From: Candidatus Atabeyarchaeum deiterrae
GTDB lineage: Archaea; Asgardarchaeota; Atabeyarchaeia; Atabeyarchaeales; Atabeyarchaeaceae
Direction: 5' to 3'
Assembly (NCBI GenBank): GCA_037310415.1
Contig: CP147780.1
Span: 352,001 to 416,000 of the forward strand
Length of the DNA stretch: 64,000 nucleotides
The translations under genes and the position numbers were made by a program. The notes below the pieces were generated by a model that saw only the letters and a program-made list of their open reading frames with translations, was not told the DNA's origin and made no database searches. Below, one piece after another: positions 30,644-41,287 of this stretch (position 1 is its first letter; every line of letters begins with the position of its first letter).

Positions 30644-31525
30644 TTGCCCATAAAAACTCATTTTGTTCTAAAGGGTCTTCAGAGGGTCCGTATTGACGAA
30701 TACCTTGAAAACGAATTGAAAAGAGCGGGGTATGGCGGTGTCGACATCCAAAAGACACCACTGGGGACTAGGCTGACGGTTTATGCGGCAAGACCCGGTT
30801 TTGTGATAGGAAGAAGAGGGAAGACCGTCCGCGATCTCACTGAAGCATTGAAGCAGAAATTCGGGATCGATAATCCTCAGATTGAAGTTGCCGAGGTCGA
30901 AGTTCCAGAGTTTGACGCCAACATTATGGCACAGAAGCTTGCCTCGTCACTGGAGAGAGGATTCCACTATAGACGGGCCGTCTATTCGGTAATGAGGAGG
31001 ATGATGGAGGCAGGCGCCAAAGGAGTAGAAATTACCATCAGTGGGAAACTCACAAGTCAACGCGCTCGTTACCAGAAATTTAGGGATGGAGTCATAACTA
31101 AGTCTGGCGATCCAGTGAGGCAATTTGTTAGAGAAGCAACTGCGCCAGCTTCCCTGAAGCCCGGCGTGATGGGAGTCAGGGTAGTCCTGATGTTACCTGG
31201 AGAATTGCCTGATAAGATAAGGATCAGCTATCCTGAGATAGCTCCGAAGGCCCCTCAACCAGAAGCACAGAAGATGTCTGAGGAAGCTGTTGTGACTCCT
31301 GCTGTCACAGCAGAAAAACCTAGCGAGACGACTGTGGTGACTGGGCAGCCGCAGCAACTTGCACAAGAAGACAAAAAAGAGCCAGAGAGTGTAGCCGTAA
31401 CTGCACAAGAACCAGTCAAGGAAAACGAACCTTCAGAGCCTCAGAAGCAAACTGAAAAGAGAACCGAAAAGAAGGCAGAGAAGAAGAAAGCTGAGAAGAA
31501 GACTGGAAGAAGAAAGAAAGAGTGA
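30644..31525 (+). CDS. rps3: 30S ribosomal protein uS3 with long C-terminal charged tail
   Basis: RPGFVIGRRG KH motif, GAKGVEITISGKL; TTG start after GGGAG. Confidence 0.95.
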   Translation: MPIKTHFVLKGLQRVRIDEYLENELKRAGYGGVDIQKTPLGTRLTVYAARPGFVIGRRGKTVRDLTEALKQKFGIDNPQIEVAEVEVPEFDANIMAQKLASSLERGFHYRRAVYSVMRRMMEAGAKGVEITISGKLTSQRARYQKFRDGVITKSGDPVRQFVREATAPASLKPGVMGVRVVLMLPGELPDKIRISYPEIAPKAPQPEAQKMSEEAVVTPAVTAEKPSETTVVTGQPQQLAQEDKKEPESVAVTAQEPVKENEPSEPQKQTEKRTEKKAEKKKAEKKTGRRKKE

Positions 31526-31530
31526 TTATC

Positions 31531-31746
31531 ATGGCAATACTGCGCCTAAAAGAGATAAGAGGTATGTCCCCCGCTGAGAGAGAGAAGAGGCTTGAGGAGC
31601 TCCATGCTGAGATCACAAGAGCGAGAGCGCTTAGAACTGGTGGAGGAACTATCGAGAGCCCAGGAAGAATCAAGGAACTACGAAAGACGGTCGCTAGGAT
31701 CATAACCATAACTAGGGAAGAAGAGTTGAAAAAGAAAGGAGGATAA
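31531..31746 (+). CDS. rpl29: 50S ribosomal protein uL29
   Basis: MAILRLKEIR, PGRIKELRKTVARI. Confidence 0.95.
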   Translation: MAILRLKEIRGMSPAEREKRLEELHAEITRARALRTGGGTIESPGRIKELRKTVARIITITREEELKKKGG

Positions 31747-31752
31747 TCCAAA

Positions 31753-32031
31753 ATCAAGATCACACAGAGGAACATAGCTCGACATGAGTTGATAGGATTA
31801 CCTGCAAGAATCATATCGAGCACGCATGAAAGTCATGTTGGCGTAAAAGGCTCCATTATCATGGAGTCACGCAATATGATCGTCATCAAAACAGACAACT
31901 CCTCTGTCAAGAGAATACCTAAGAATTCGGTCGTCCTCGAAGTGACTATTCCCGACAATGGCAAAGTCAAGATCGACGGAGTCAAGATAGTAGGTCGACC
32001 GGAAAACAGAATCAAGAAAAGAAAAATATGA
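31753..32031 (+). CDS. rnp1: RNase P protein Rpp29/Pop4 (probable ATC start; first TTG at 31789)
   Basis: KITQRNIARHELIGL N-terminus, G.II.ESRN, RIPK, GRPENRIK. Confidence 0.88.
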   Translation: MKITQRNIARHELIGLPARIISSTHESHVGVKGSIIMESRNMIVIKTDNSSVKRIPKNSVVLEVTIPDNGKVKIDGVKIVGRPENRIKKRKI

Positions 32032-32220
32032 TTGACGGAGCGACGTTGAATAGAAGCGCGTACGAAAGTCTTTTATAGAAAAGGTCTCATCTTGCCGTTT
32101 TCAAGTGACCAAGAAGACCTATTGATTCAGAGTAATTCAGCTCAGGAACAGTTCGCACGCAGAATCCTGGACTCAAATCGGACAACAGCTAATAATGTCA
32201 ACAAGGAGTAGGAAGACAAG

Positions 32221-32547
32221 ATGAAGGAAAACATCGGGCTTGATGTCACTCCACCGAAAGCCAAATGTGATGATGAATTGTGTCCTTTCCACGGAACACT
32301 CTCAGTTAGAGGAAGAGTGTTTGAAGGAACGGTGGTAAGCGAGAAGATGGCAAATACTGTTGTCATCAGAAGAGAGTACTTGCACTACGTGAAGAAATAC
32401 ATGCGGTATGAGAGGAGAGGAAAGCATCTGCATGCTCATAATCCCTCATGTATTGCCGCTGAAGAAGGAGACTTGGTCAAGATCGCTGAGTGCAGACCAT
32501 TGAGCAAAACCGTCTCATTTGTAGTTATCGAGAAGAAGTCAAAGTAG
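32221..32547 (+). CDS. rps17: 30S ribosomal protein uS17
   Basis: [19 protein letters not shown]. Confidence 0.96.
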   Translation: MKENIGLDVTPPKAKCDDELCPFHGTLSVRGRVFEGTVVSEKMANTVVIRREYLHYVKKYMRYERRGKHLHAHNPSCIAAEEGDLVKIAECRPLSKTVSFVVIEKKSK

Positions 32548-32600
32548 GATATTATTCATCTGAAAAGAGAATATCGGTTGCAGGTTAGGAGGTCTGTGTT

Positions 32601-33020
32601 ATGGCAAAGCGGGTAAAGATAGTTATTGGTAACAAGCCGAAAATCTGCCGAGGATTACCCGTCGGCACCTATATCTCTTGTGCAGACAACAGTGGCGCTA
32701 AGGTCCTCAAGATCATTGCAGTCACCGACTACAGAGGTAGGCTGAACAGATTTCCTGCTGCAAGTGTAGGGGACATGGTTGTCACAAGCGTTAAGAAAGG
32801 TACTCCCGAGATGAGGAGAAAGATTGTGAGAGCCGTCGTCATTAGACAGAGAAAATCTTACAGAAGACCCGATGGAACTTGGATCATGTTTGAGGATAAC
32901 GCAGGCGTGGTCGTCAGTCCTGAAGGAGAGCCTCAGGGAAGTGAGTTACGAGGACCTATAGCAAAGGAAGCAGCAGAGAGATGGTCAAAAGTGGCGACCA
33001 TTGCAAGCATAGTTCTGTAG
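32601..33020 (+). CDS. rpl14: 50S ribosomal protein uL14
   Basis: [23 protein letters not shown]. Confidence 0.96.
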   Translation: MAKRVKIVIGNKPKICRGLPVGTYISCADNSGAKVLKIIAVTDYRGRLNRFPAASVGDMVVTSVKKGTPEMRRKIVRAVVIRQRKSYRRPDGTWIMFEDNAGVVVSPEGEPQGSELRGPIAKEAAERWSKVATIASIVL

Positions 33021-33085
33021 CAAGAGTAAGACAGGTACGTGGACTTGACTAGTTCGCTTAACCAACATTAACGGAGGATGTAACT

Positions 33086-33472
33086 GTGTCAGACTCGAAG
33101 AGTCCGAGAAAGCAGAGGAGAGCCATATACAGGGCACCGCTTCACAGAAGAAGAAAAGCTCTCGCAGCTCAACTGTCACCAGAACTCCGAGAGAAATATG
33201 GTGTTAGGAACATACCAGTGCGGAAAGATGATGAAGTTCTGATCAAGGACGGAGCTTTTTCTGGCATTCAAGGCAAGGTGCTTAGTGTTGATTTGAAGAA
33301 GCATACTATTTCCGTCGACGGAGCGGCAGGAGAAAAGACCAGTGGACAATCATATACTGCTCCGATCAGACCCAATCACGTGACTATAGTGAAGTTGAAA
33401 CTAGATGACTGGCGTAACAAGATCCTCAAACGTAAGGGAGCTTCGTTGAAGGAGGAGAAAGAAGTTGGCTAG
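33086..33472 (+). CDS. rpl24: 50S ribosomal protein uL24
   Basis: SPRKQR...APLH, LREKYGVR. Confidence 0.95.
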   Translation: MSDSKSPRKQRRAIYRAPLHRRRKALAAQLSPELREKYGVRNIPVRKDDEVLIKDGAFSGIQGKVLSVDLKKHTISVDGAAGEKTSGQSYTAPIRPNHVTIVKLKLDDWRNKILKRKGASLKEEKEVG

Positions 33473-34238
33473 GAAAGGACCTAGAAAGCACTTGAAGAGA
33501 CTTGCCGCTCCGAGGGATTGGAGAATATCGAGGCATGAGCATTATTGGGCCGTTCGTCCGCGTTGTGGACCACATCCATTAGAGAAATCAATGCCGCTTC
33601 TCAATATTGTCAGGGAGACATCTACACCGCCTTACGCTGCAAGAGAGGCAAAGCGTGCGCTGTTTGAGGGCAAGGTACTTGTAGATGGAGTGATTAGACG
33701 AGACCACAAGTTGCCAATAGGCTTGATGGATGTCATATCAATTCCTGCAACTGGCAAAGTCTTCAGGGTTCTTCCATTTGAAAGACGAGGACTTGGCCTC
33801 CATCCGATAGACAAGTCAGAGTCAGGATTCAAATTATGTCACCTAATCAACAAGACCATAGTAAAAGGAGGAAACATACAACTCAACCTTCATGATGGAA
33901 GGAACATAATAGTAAAGAAAAATGAAGCTGGTGAAGAGTTCGCAAACATAAGAACCCATGACACCTTGAAAATCGAACTACCAACCCAGAAGATCATGAA
34001 CGTTGTAAAATTCGAGATCGGCACGATTGTCTTGATAAGCGATGGCAAGAACATCGGATTGAGCGGACGCATTGACGAGATTCGCAAACCCAAAGGTACC
34101 AGCTTGGTAACCAATGTCGTAGTGAAAAACGATGAAGGCACTGAGATCGAAGTTCCCCTAAATTATGCTTTCGCCATTGGAAAAGAGCAAGCATTGATTT
34201 CTTACCCCAAATCACAACATAGTGAAGCTGGAGCATAA
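33465..34238 (+). CDS. rps4e: 30S ribosomal protein eS4
   Basis: GPRKHLKRLAAP, PIGLMDVI, QLNLHDGRNI. Confidence 0.96.
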   Translation: MARKGPRKHLKRLAAPRDWRISRHEHYWAVRPRCGPHPLEKSMPLLNIVRETSTPPYAAREAKRALFEGKVLVDGVIRRDHKLPIGLMDVISIPATGKVFRVLPFERRGLGLHPIDKSESGFKLCHLINKTIVKGGNIQLNLHDGRNIIVKKNEAGEEFANIRTHDTLKIELPTQKIMNVVKFEIGTIVLISDGKNIGLSGRIDEIRKPKGTSLVTNVVVKNDEGTEIEVPLNYAFAIGKEQALISYPKSQHSEAGA

Positions 34239-34299
34239 AAAGAAGACACAACTCAGGTAGAGTTCTCTTAAAGAACAAAGTGAGCCAAAAACAGAATAA

Positions 34300-34446
34300 C
34301 TAGGAGAGCTTCTCAAAACCCAACTTGACTGCAACTTCTCTGAAACAACGACGACACAAGTTTAGTTTGTAGCGCCTGATTATTGCTTGATGAGAACCGC
34401 AACGTGTGCATCGTCTGCTACCTCTTCCGAGTCTAACCTTAACCAA
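34300..34446 (-). CDS. rps14: 30S ribosomal protein uS14 (zinc type), inverted relative to the cluster; not in the ORF track
   Basis: TTG start, GGAGGT SD 6 nt upstream; [48 protein letters not shown]. Confidence 0.95.
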   Translation of the reverse strand: MVKVRLGRGSRRCTRCGSHQAIIRRYKLNLCRRCFREVAVKLGFEKLS

Positions 34447-34616
34447 AGAGATACCTCCTGCTCTTCACCTAGTCGATTGACTTTGTTGGAGGAGAAATAA
34501 AGGCAGCCATTCATATTAAAGCTTTATGTGATCTAAACCTTTGCTGCTTACTTAAAACCTGAAAAGGGCGAACTGGATGATTCAAAACAAGTGAACAAGC
34601 TGTAATCAACAAACTC

Positions 34617-35183
34617 ATGGAGGACAGTCGAAGAATGAGTAGCGTCGAAGAGATCGTGAAGAAATGGGAGGCAAACCCCATGTTGAGACCGGTAACGCGC
34701 CATGTTGTAGTCAACTGTTCAGTAGGCAAGTCTGGAGAACCTCTTCAGAAAGCAATGAGGATCCTGGAAACCATAACCGGTCAGAAACCCGCTCAATGCA
34801 AAGCCAAACAGACTGTCAGAGAATTTGCCATTAGAAAGGACGAACCCATTTCCTGCAGAGTCACTTTGAGAGGAAGCCGCGCAATGGAATTCCTGAAAAA
34901 GGCATTGAGTGTAGTGGATTTCAAACTCAGAGAAACAAGTTTCGATGATCAAGGCAACGTATCATTCGGGATAAAGGAACATATACAGATGCCTGGTGTT
35001 AGGTATGACCCAGACATAGGCATAATAGGATTCGACGTTTGTATCAAAGTGGAAAGACCAGGCTATAGAATCGCAAAGAGAAGAAGAATGAGAGCGAATG
35101 TCCCAGTATCGCAGCGCGTTGGGAAAGTCGAGGCCAAGGCTTTCTTGCAGCAAACGCTTGGAGTGAAACTTGTTGAGTCGTAG
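34617..35183 (+). CDS. rpl5: 50S ribosomal protein uL5
   Basis: ITGQKP, VTLRG, FD.QGNVSFGIKEHI. Confidence 0.96.
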   Translation: MEDSRRMSSVEEIVKKWEANPMLRPVTRHVVVNCSVGKSGEPLQKAMRILETITGQKPAQCKAKQTVREFAIRKDEPISCRVTLRGSRAMEFLKKALSVVDFKLRETSFDDQGNVSFGIKEHIQMPGVRYDPDIGIIGFDVCIKVERPGYRIAKRRRMRANVPVSQRVGKVEAKAFLQQTLGVKLVES

Positions 35184-35346
35184 TGACTCTTTACCGACTA
35201 AGCGCACAATGCTAATCTGTGGTTCGTTAGGTTACCAAAACATTTAACTTAATATTCATTTCATTTCAGATGGAATCCAACAATTAACCAAAAACAAGGT
35301 CAATCCATTGCAGTTGGTAATCAATCTAGTCGTTCAGGTGAGATAA

Positions 35347-35739
35347 GTGACAAGGCTTGACTTACTTTCAGATGCGCTGTCCAATATCTGGAACCATGAA
35401 ATAATCGGCCACAGAGAAGTAGTCATTAAACCAGCTTCAAAGCTTATAGGCTCCGTATTGCGAGTCATGCAGAGAACTGGATACATAGGTGAATTCGAGT
35501 TCATTGACGACGCCAAGACGGGCATCTTCAAAGTTCAGCTGTTGGGCAGAATAACCAAATGCCGCGTGGTAAAACCTAGGTTTCCGGTCAAGAAAGACGA
35601 CTATGAGGCTTGGGAGAAGAGGTATCTTCCATCAAGGGAATTCGGGCTACTTATAGTCACAACACCTCAGGGGGTAATGTCCCATCAAGAAGCAAAGACT
35701 AAGGGATTAGGAGGTCGTCTACTCGGGGTGGTGTACTAG
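35347..35739 (+). CDS. rps8: 30S ribosomal protein uS8
   Basis: [25 protein letters not shown]. Confidence 0.96.
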   Translation: MTRLDLLSDALSNIWNHEIIGHREVVIKPASKLIGSVLRVMQRTGYIGEFEFIDDAKTGIFKVQLLGRITKCRVVKPRFPVKKDDYEAWEKRYLPSREFGLLIVTTPQGVMSHQEAKTKGLGGRLLGVVY

Positions 35740-35811
35740 CTATACACAAGTAGATTGATTGTTCCAGCATTCGTTATCCGTAAGAAGGTAGACATTAAGA
35801 AGGGAGACATT

Positions 35812-36375
35812 ATGAGCACTGTGAGTGAAGAGATCAGAGTATCACCGGGAGTCTCAATAGAGGTAGACGGCAAGAAGGTCTTGGTGAAGGGCCCGAAAGG
35901 CGAAGTTCAACGTGACCTCTCACACATTTCCGCGATTGAAGTGAAGAAGTCAGGTGATAAACTGACTATTCGACCGCTCTTAAACAGAAAACACTATAGA
36001 TCTCTTGCAACAACCTTGAAGACAGAGATCAATAACATGATTTTGGGTGTCACCAAAGGTTTCACTTACAAGTTGAAGGTGGCACATTCACACTTTCCAA
36101 TTACCGTCAAAGCCGATAAGGGTAAGCGGCTCGTACTTATTGAAAACTTCATTGGTGAGCGGACTCCTAGGATCGCTTCTATCGAAGGGAACGTTGAGGT
36201 GACAGTAAAAGGAGACGAAGTCCTAGTCTCAGGAGCCGACAAGGAAGAGGTCGGTCAAACTACAGCAAACATAAGAAAGACATGCAAAATAAAGGACAAG
36301 GATCCTAGAGTGTTCCAAGATGGGATATACTTAAGCGAAATGTACTGTGGAGACGAACTGCTAAAGAAGATTTAG
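35812..36375 (+). CDS. rpl6: 50S ribosomal protein uL6
   Basis: VKGPKG, SHFPI, ENFIGE, KDPRVFQDGIY. Confidence 0.95.
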   Translation: MSTVSEEIRVSPGVSIEVDGKKVLVKGPKGEVQRDLSHISAIEVKKSGDKLTIRPLLNRKHYRSLATTLKTEINNMILGVTKGFTYKLKVAHSHFPITVKADKGKRLVLIENFIGERTPRIASIEGNVEVTVKGDEVLVSGADKEEVGQTTANIRKTCKIKDKDPRVFQDGIYLSEMYCGDELLKKI

Positions 36376-36395
36376 AAAACTACGAGGCGTCAACG

Positions 36396-37016
36396 ATGGG
36401 CGAAGAGAAGTCGGATCGTAGGGCTATACGGATAAGGAGCAAGCTGAAATCAAAGAAGCCTGAATTTATCAGATACGAAAGCTGGCGTTATGTAAGACTT
36501 GGCAAGTCTTGGAGAAATCAGAGAGGTCTGGACAACAAGGCACGCCTGAAATTGAAAGGATGGGAAGTTAGCCCGAATGTTGGTTACCGAGGACCGCGCA
36601 GAACTCGGGGCTTGCACCCGTCAGGATATCGTGAGGTCATCGTACATAACACGGATAACTTGGAGAAAATCGATCCAAAAACATATGCCATAAGGATCGC
36701 ACATCAGGTTGGCACTAGAAAGAGAATGTTGATCATTGGAAAAGCAGAAGAACTCGGATTGACGATTCTTAATCCGGTTTCTGAGATATTGCCTCCCTCT
36801 GCTGAAGCCGAGACTAAGAAAGAGGAGACAGAAGTTAACAAGAAGAGGACCCTCAAAGAGAAAGAGGAGAAAGTTGAAAAGGCAAAGGAAGAGAAAGAGC
36901 CCGAGAGAGAAGAAGAGAAAAGGATAGAGACGAAGGAAGCGAAACAGAAGAAGCAAAAAGAGAAAAAAGCAGAAAAGAAACCCGCAAAGAGGAAGAAAAC
37001 GACCGCTAGCAAGTGA
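36396..37016 (+). CDS. rpl32e: 50S ribosomal protein eL32 with Lys/Glu-rich C-terminal tail
   Basis: KKPEF.R, WR..RGLDNK, RGLHPSG. Confidence 0.95.
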   Translation: MGEEKSDRRAIRIRSKLKSKKPEFIRYESWRYVRLGKSWRNQRGLDNKARLKLKGWEVSPNVGYRGPRRTRGLHPSGYREVIVHNTDNLEKIDPKTYAIRIAHQVGTRKRMLIIGKAEELGLTILNPVSEILPPSAEAETKKEETEVNKKRTLKEKEEKVEKAKEEKEPEREEEKRIETKEAKQKKQKEKKAEKKPAKRKKTTASK

Positions 37017-37049
37017 ACATGGAACACGGAGAACAGGGAGGAATAATCG

Positions 37050-37499
37050 TTGAGTTTAAGGGCTCAGAGAAGGCTCGCGTCTGAAATCATGAAAATTGGT
37101 GAGAACAGGGTCTGGATTGATCCAGCAAGAATTGACGACGCAGCCATGGCTATCAGAAGAGAAGATGTCAAGAGACTGATAAACGATGGCGTGATTAGAG
37201 CTTCACCTAAGACCGGGGTGAGTAGGGGTAGAGCTAGGATCCTCCATCTGAAGAAGAAGAAAGGTCTGAGAAGGGGACCAGGAAGTCGCAAAGGATCCAA
37301 GCATTCGACCATTTCAAAGAAGACTACTTGGATGCTGACAGTTCGCCATCTACGCAAGCACTCGAAGCAACTCAGAGACAGAAAAATGATTAACAGGCGA
37401 ACATACCGAATGCTTTATGGGTTGATCAAAGGAGCGTTTTTCAAGAGCATTGCCCAGATCGACAGCTACTTGGATGAACATAAACTGATAAAGAGGTAG
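37050..37499 (+). CDS. rpl19e: 50S ribosomal protein eL19
   Basis: [21 protein letters not shown]. Confidence 0.96.
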   Translation: MSLRAQRRLASEIMKIGENRVWIDPARIDDAAMAIRREDVKRLINDGVIRASPKTGVSRGRARILHLKKKKGLRRGPGSRKGSKHSTISKKTTWMLTVRHLRKHSKQLRDRKMINRRTYRMLYGLIKGAFFKSIAQIDSYLDEHKLIKR

Positions 37500-37507
37500 A
37501 ACAAGAA

Positions 37508-38113
37508 TTGGCGAGAGGCCCAAGGTACAGAGTTCTATTCAGAAGAAGAAGAGAGGGAAAGACGGACTACTATGCCAGAATGAAACTGCTGAGGTCAAGC
37601 AAGCCGAGGCTTATAGTCAGAAAGACACTAAATAACATGATAGTCCAAGTGGCTGACGCCAAGCCTGAGGGTGACCATGTCATTGTATCAGCTTTTTCCC
37701 AAGAGCTGCGTAAGCAGGGGTGGATGGGCGAGTTTGGAAACGTGCCCTCCGCGTATTTGACAGGCTATCTTGCAGGCACAAGAGCAGTCAAGAAGGGTCT
37801 GAAAGAAGCAGTTTTAGATATAGGGCTTAGCGCCCCAAGCAAAGGTTCAAGATTATTTGCTGCATTGAAAGGATTTGTTGATGCAGGAGTAACCGTAAAT
37901 CACGGCGAATCGATACTGCCTTCAAACGAAAGGATAAGAGGAGAACACATAGCCAACTATGCTAAGGCTTTGTCTGACACGAATCCAGAGTACTATCAGA
38001 AGAGGTTCTCGGAGTATCTAAAAAGAGGACTCGAGCCGCAACGGCTACCAAAACATTTTGACGATGTAAAGAAGAAAATCAGTCCACCAGGGGGTAAGCA
38101 AGCTGAGCGGTGA
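37508..38113 (+). CDS. rpl18: 50S ribosomal protein uL18
   Basis: [24 protein letters not shown]. Confidence 0.96.
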   Translation: MARGPRYRVLFRRRREGKTDYYARMKLLRSSKPRLIVRKTLNNMIVQVADAKPEGDHVIVSAFSQELRKQGWMGEFGNVPSAYLTGYLAGTRAVKKGLKEAVLDIGLSAPSKGSRLFAALKGFVDAGVTVNHGESILPSNERIRGEHIANYAKALSDTNPEYYQKRFSEYLKRGLEPQRLPKHFDDVKKKISPPGGKQAER

Positions 38114-38759
38114 TCAGACAGCACAACGAGAAAGAAGAGCTGAGGAAGGATGGATTCCAAGAACAAGGATAGGCAAACTCGTCAAAGAAGGGCACATCAC
38201 GTCAATCGAGGAGATCTTTAAATCGTGCGACATAATCAGAGAAGCAGAGATGGTTGATCTTCTTGTTCCAGATCTTGAGGAAGAAGTCGTAGACATCAAT
38301 CTTGTTCAGAAACAGACAGATGCGGGAGAAAAATCCAAGTTCAAAGCGACTGTAATAGTCGGAAATGGAAACGGTCTGGTAGGGCTAGGGGAAGGAAAAG
38401 CAAAGGAAGTTGGTCCCGCAATAAAGAAAGCAGTTAAGCAGGCCAAATTGAAGATAATCCCGGTTAGAATGGGATGCGGATCCTGGGAATGCAAGTGCGG
38501 GGAGAAACACTCACTACCCTTCAGAATTGGCGGGAAATCTGGAAGTGTGAGAATTACGCTTATTCCAGCTCCCAAAGGAATAGGTCTCGCCATAGCGGAT
38601 ACACCCAAGGTTGTGCTGCGCCTCGCAGGAGTAAAGGACGTATGGTCTCTGACAAAGGGTCACACCCGCTGCACAGTCAACTTTGCAAAAGCCACATTTA
38701 ATGCATTGAGAAAAACCCACAGTATCGTCTCGCCACGCGACTGGGCAGGAGGATTGTAG
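38103..38759 (+). CDS. rps5: 30S ribosomal protein uS5 (probable CTG start)
   Basis: Conserved [14 protein letters not shown]...SIEEIF lies upstream of the first ATG (38250); GCGSWEC, PAPKG.GL. Confidence 0.92.
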   Translation: MSGDQTAQRERRAEEGWIPRTRIGKLVKEGHITSIEEIFKSCDIIREAEMVDLLVPDLEEEVVDINLVQKQTDAGEKSKFKATVIVGNGNGLVGLGEGKAKEVGPAIKKAVKQAKLKIIPVRMGCGSWECKCGEKHSLPFRIGGKSGSVRITLIPAPKGIGLAIADTPKVVLRLAGVKDVWSLTKGHTRCTVNFAKATFNALRKTHSIVSPRDWAGGL

Positions 38760-38764
38760 ACGGT

Positions 38765-39244
38765 ATGAGTACTAATAGCAAGTTGTTGGTCATTAGAATC
38801 AGGGGAGATGTTGACGTCAGAGATGAGATAAGGCAGACGCTCAAAATGCTTAGGTTACACAAGGTTAATCATGCTACACTGATAGATAGAAGGCAAAGCT
38901 ATTTGGGCATGCTTCAGAAGGTGAAGGATTATACCACATGGGGGGAGGTTAATGTCGATGCGCTGGAAGGAATTCTGGCAAAGAGAGGAAGAGCTCAGGG
39001 TAATAGACGCATTGATGATGAATATGTCAAGAATAACTCAAAGTTCAAATCAGTGAAACAATTCGCTGAAGCGCTTATCACCTCCAAAGCAACCTTCGAT
39101 GATGTGCACGGGCTGAAACCCGTCTTCAGACTCCATCCGCCAAAGGGTGGCTTTGAGGGAAAGAAAAAGAAACCCTTTAAGGTTAAGGGAGAGCTTGGTT
39201 ACAGAGGAGAGAGCATCAATAATCTGATATCGAAGATGGTCTGA
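38765..39244 (+). CDS. rpl30: 50S ribosomal protein uL30
   Basis: [25 protein letters not shown]. Confidence 0.95.
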   Translation: MSTNSKLLVIRIRGDVDVRDEIRQTLKMLRLHKVNHATLIDRRQSYLGMLQKVKDYTTWGEVNVDALEGILAKRGRAQGNRRIDDEYVKNNSKFKSVKQFAEALITSKATFDDVHGLKPVFRLHPPKGGFEGKKKKPFKVKGELGYRGESINNLISKMV

Positions 39245-39281
39245 AACTAGACTCGAAAGCGTAGGAGACGGTGTCTCTAAA

Positions 39282-39719
39282 ATGCCACCAAGATTTGTGA
39301 GAAAAGTCAGAAAGTTCCGAGGTTCGAGGACCTGCGGCTGGGGAAGAGTAGCCCAGCACAGAGGCTCCGGGCAACGCGGAGGATTCGGCAATGCCGGAGG
39401 TCATAAATATCTGTGGACGCAGTTTGTCGTTGAAGATCCAGACTACTTCGGGAAGAGCGGCTTCAGACCTCACAGAGTTATGCGAAAACCTAAGACGATA
39501 GACTTGGAAGGGATAAGCAGAGTTTTAGGAGAGCTGCCAAAGAAGGGTGAAGCTGCAGACAAAAGAATCAAGATTAACATAGTTGAACTGGGGTACGAAA
39601 AGGTGCTTGGAAGTGGCAAGATTGGCAAACCTGTTGTCGTGGAGGCACTTAGTTTCAGCAAAACTGCCAAAGAGAAAATAGAGTCGGCTGGAGGCAAAGC
39701 AGTAGTAGTAGAGCAGTAG
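39282..39719 (+). CDS. rpl15: 50S ribosomal protein uL15
   Basis: [26 protein letters not shown]. Confidence 0.95.
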   Translation: MPPRFVRKVRKFRGSRTCGWGRVAQHRGSGQRGGFGNAGGHKYLWTQFVVEDPDYFGKSGFRPHRVMRKPKTIDLEGISRVLGELPKKGEAADKRIKINIVELGYEKVLGSGKIGKPVVVEALSFSKTAKEKIESAGGKAVVVEQ

Positions 39720-39766
39720 TCGTTTGCGGGTTCTTGCATGGTTAGACAGAGAACTGAGGATGGTTA

Positions 39767-41224
39767 TTGACAATGGTGCGCTTCATAGACGTATTCGGAG
39801 CCCAGGCTAGAGTAATCCCGACAATAAAATCACCCGACAGGAGAGTCGCGTTCAGAGAGAAACTAGGTTGGACGGTAGTAATACTTCTGCTCTTCTTACT
39901 CATGAGTAACATTCCCATTTTTGGGGTAAACCAGCAGACTGCAATAGACTACTTGTATTGGATGCGGGTAATACTCGCCTCAACCCATGGAACACTCATG
40001 GAACTGGGAATAGGACCCATAGTCACTGCAGGACTGATAATGCAGCTTCTTGCTGGCTCTAAGATAATCAAGATAGATCTATCTGACCCTGATGACAGAT
40101 CCAAGTTCACAGCATCCCAGAAATCACTTGCATTGTGGATGACCGGCATACAAGCGGCAGCTTACATCATAAGCGGAGCATATGGAACCTTATCACTTCT
40201 GAATTCGATCATTGTCTTCCTTCAACTGTTCTTCGCCGGACTCATAGTTGTGTTACTAGATGAAACGGTGCAGAAGGGATGGGGTCTAGGTAGTGGCGTA
40301 AGTTTATTCATTGTTGCAAACGTGTCGCAACAGATCTTGTGGAGAACATTTTCACCGATGCTCGACTCAGGTGATGGATTATTCATCGGAGCGGTGCTAG
40401 CTACGATCCAAGCAGGACTAGGTCAAGGACTCGCCGGATTGGCACGAGTCTTTTTTGTAAGGCCTCTTGCCACGTATGATGCTGGAACAACTTTCGGATT
40501 GATAGTTACTGTAATTGTCTTTGTAGTCGTCGTGTACTTTGAAACGTATAGAGTGAATATTCCTCTGCAATATGCGAAGTTCAGGGGATACCGAGGATCA
40601 TACCCCATAAAGTTGCTATATGTGTCAAACATTCCCGTTATTCTTGTCCAGTCCCTATTTGCAACACTTCTCTTCTGGGTGCAGATAGTCGCGCGTGGGA
40701 ATATTGGTGGAGTGAACCCGTGGTTGGATCTACTTGGCGTGTTCACGTATGATTCTAAGGCCAACGCATATAGGCCAATAGGAGGACTTGTGTATTTCAT
40801 TACGCCTCCCAAAGATCTTTTGACAATATTCAGCAGTACACTTGGTATGATTCAAGCCCTTGTATACGGGCTTTTGATGGTTGGTCTGTGCGCCATGTTT
40901 GCCAAGATCTGGGTTGATCTATCTGGGATTGCACCCAGAGACATAGCTGAACAACTGCATGGCTCGGGCATGCAAATTCCAGGGTTTAGACGCTCACCTG
41001 TGATCATGGAAGAGGTACTTAATCGTTACATTCCCGTAGTTGCGCTTCTTGGCGGAATGATTGTTGGTCTGCTTGCCGTCGTTGCAGATATCTTCGGAGC
41101 TCTTGGAACAGGGATGGGGGTACTCCTACTCGTTGGTATAGTATACCAACTATACCAGACAATTGCTCAGGAACAAATGGCGGATATGCATCCCGCTATG
41201 CGCGGAATGCTTGGCTTGGGATAA
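39767..41224 (+). CDS. secY: Preprotein translocase SecY/Sec61alpha
   Basis: GTLMELGIGPIVTAG, GSGVSLFI, YVSNIPVIL, PGFR. Confidence 0.97.
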   Translation: MTMVRFIDVFGAQARVIPTIKSPDRRVAFREKLGWTVVILLLFLLMSNIPIFGVNQQTAIDYLYWMRVILASTHGTLMELGIGPIVTAGLIMQLLAGSKIIKIDLSDPDDRSKFTASQKSLALWMTGIQAAAYIISGAYGTLSLLNSIIVFLQLFFAGLIVVLLDETVQKGWGLGSGVSLFIVANVSQQILWRTFSPMLDSGDGLFIGAVLATIQAGLGQGLAGLARVFFVRPLATYDAGTTFGLIVTVIVFVVVVYFETYRVNIPLQYAKFRGYRGSYPIKLLYVSNIPVILVQSLFATLLFWVQIVARGNIGGVNPWLDLLGVFTYDSKANAYRPIGGLVYFITPPKDLLTIFSSTLGMIQALVYGLLMVGLCAMFAKIWVDLSGIAPRDIAEQLHGSGMQIPGFRRSPVIMEEVLNRYIPVVALLGGMIVGLLAVVADIFGALGTGMGVLLLVGIVYQLYQTIAQEQMADMHPAMRGMLGLG

Positions 41225-41287
41225 CGGAAACCCTTTCATACTAGAAAGACGATCTTAACTCAAGAATATGATATAACAGATCAGAGG

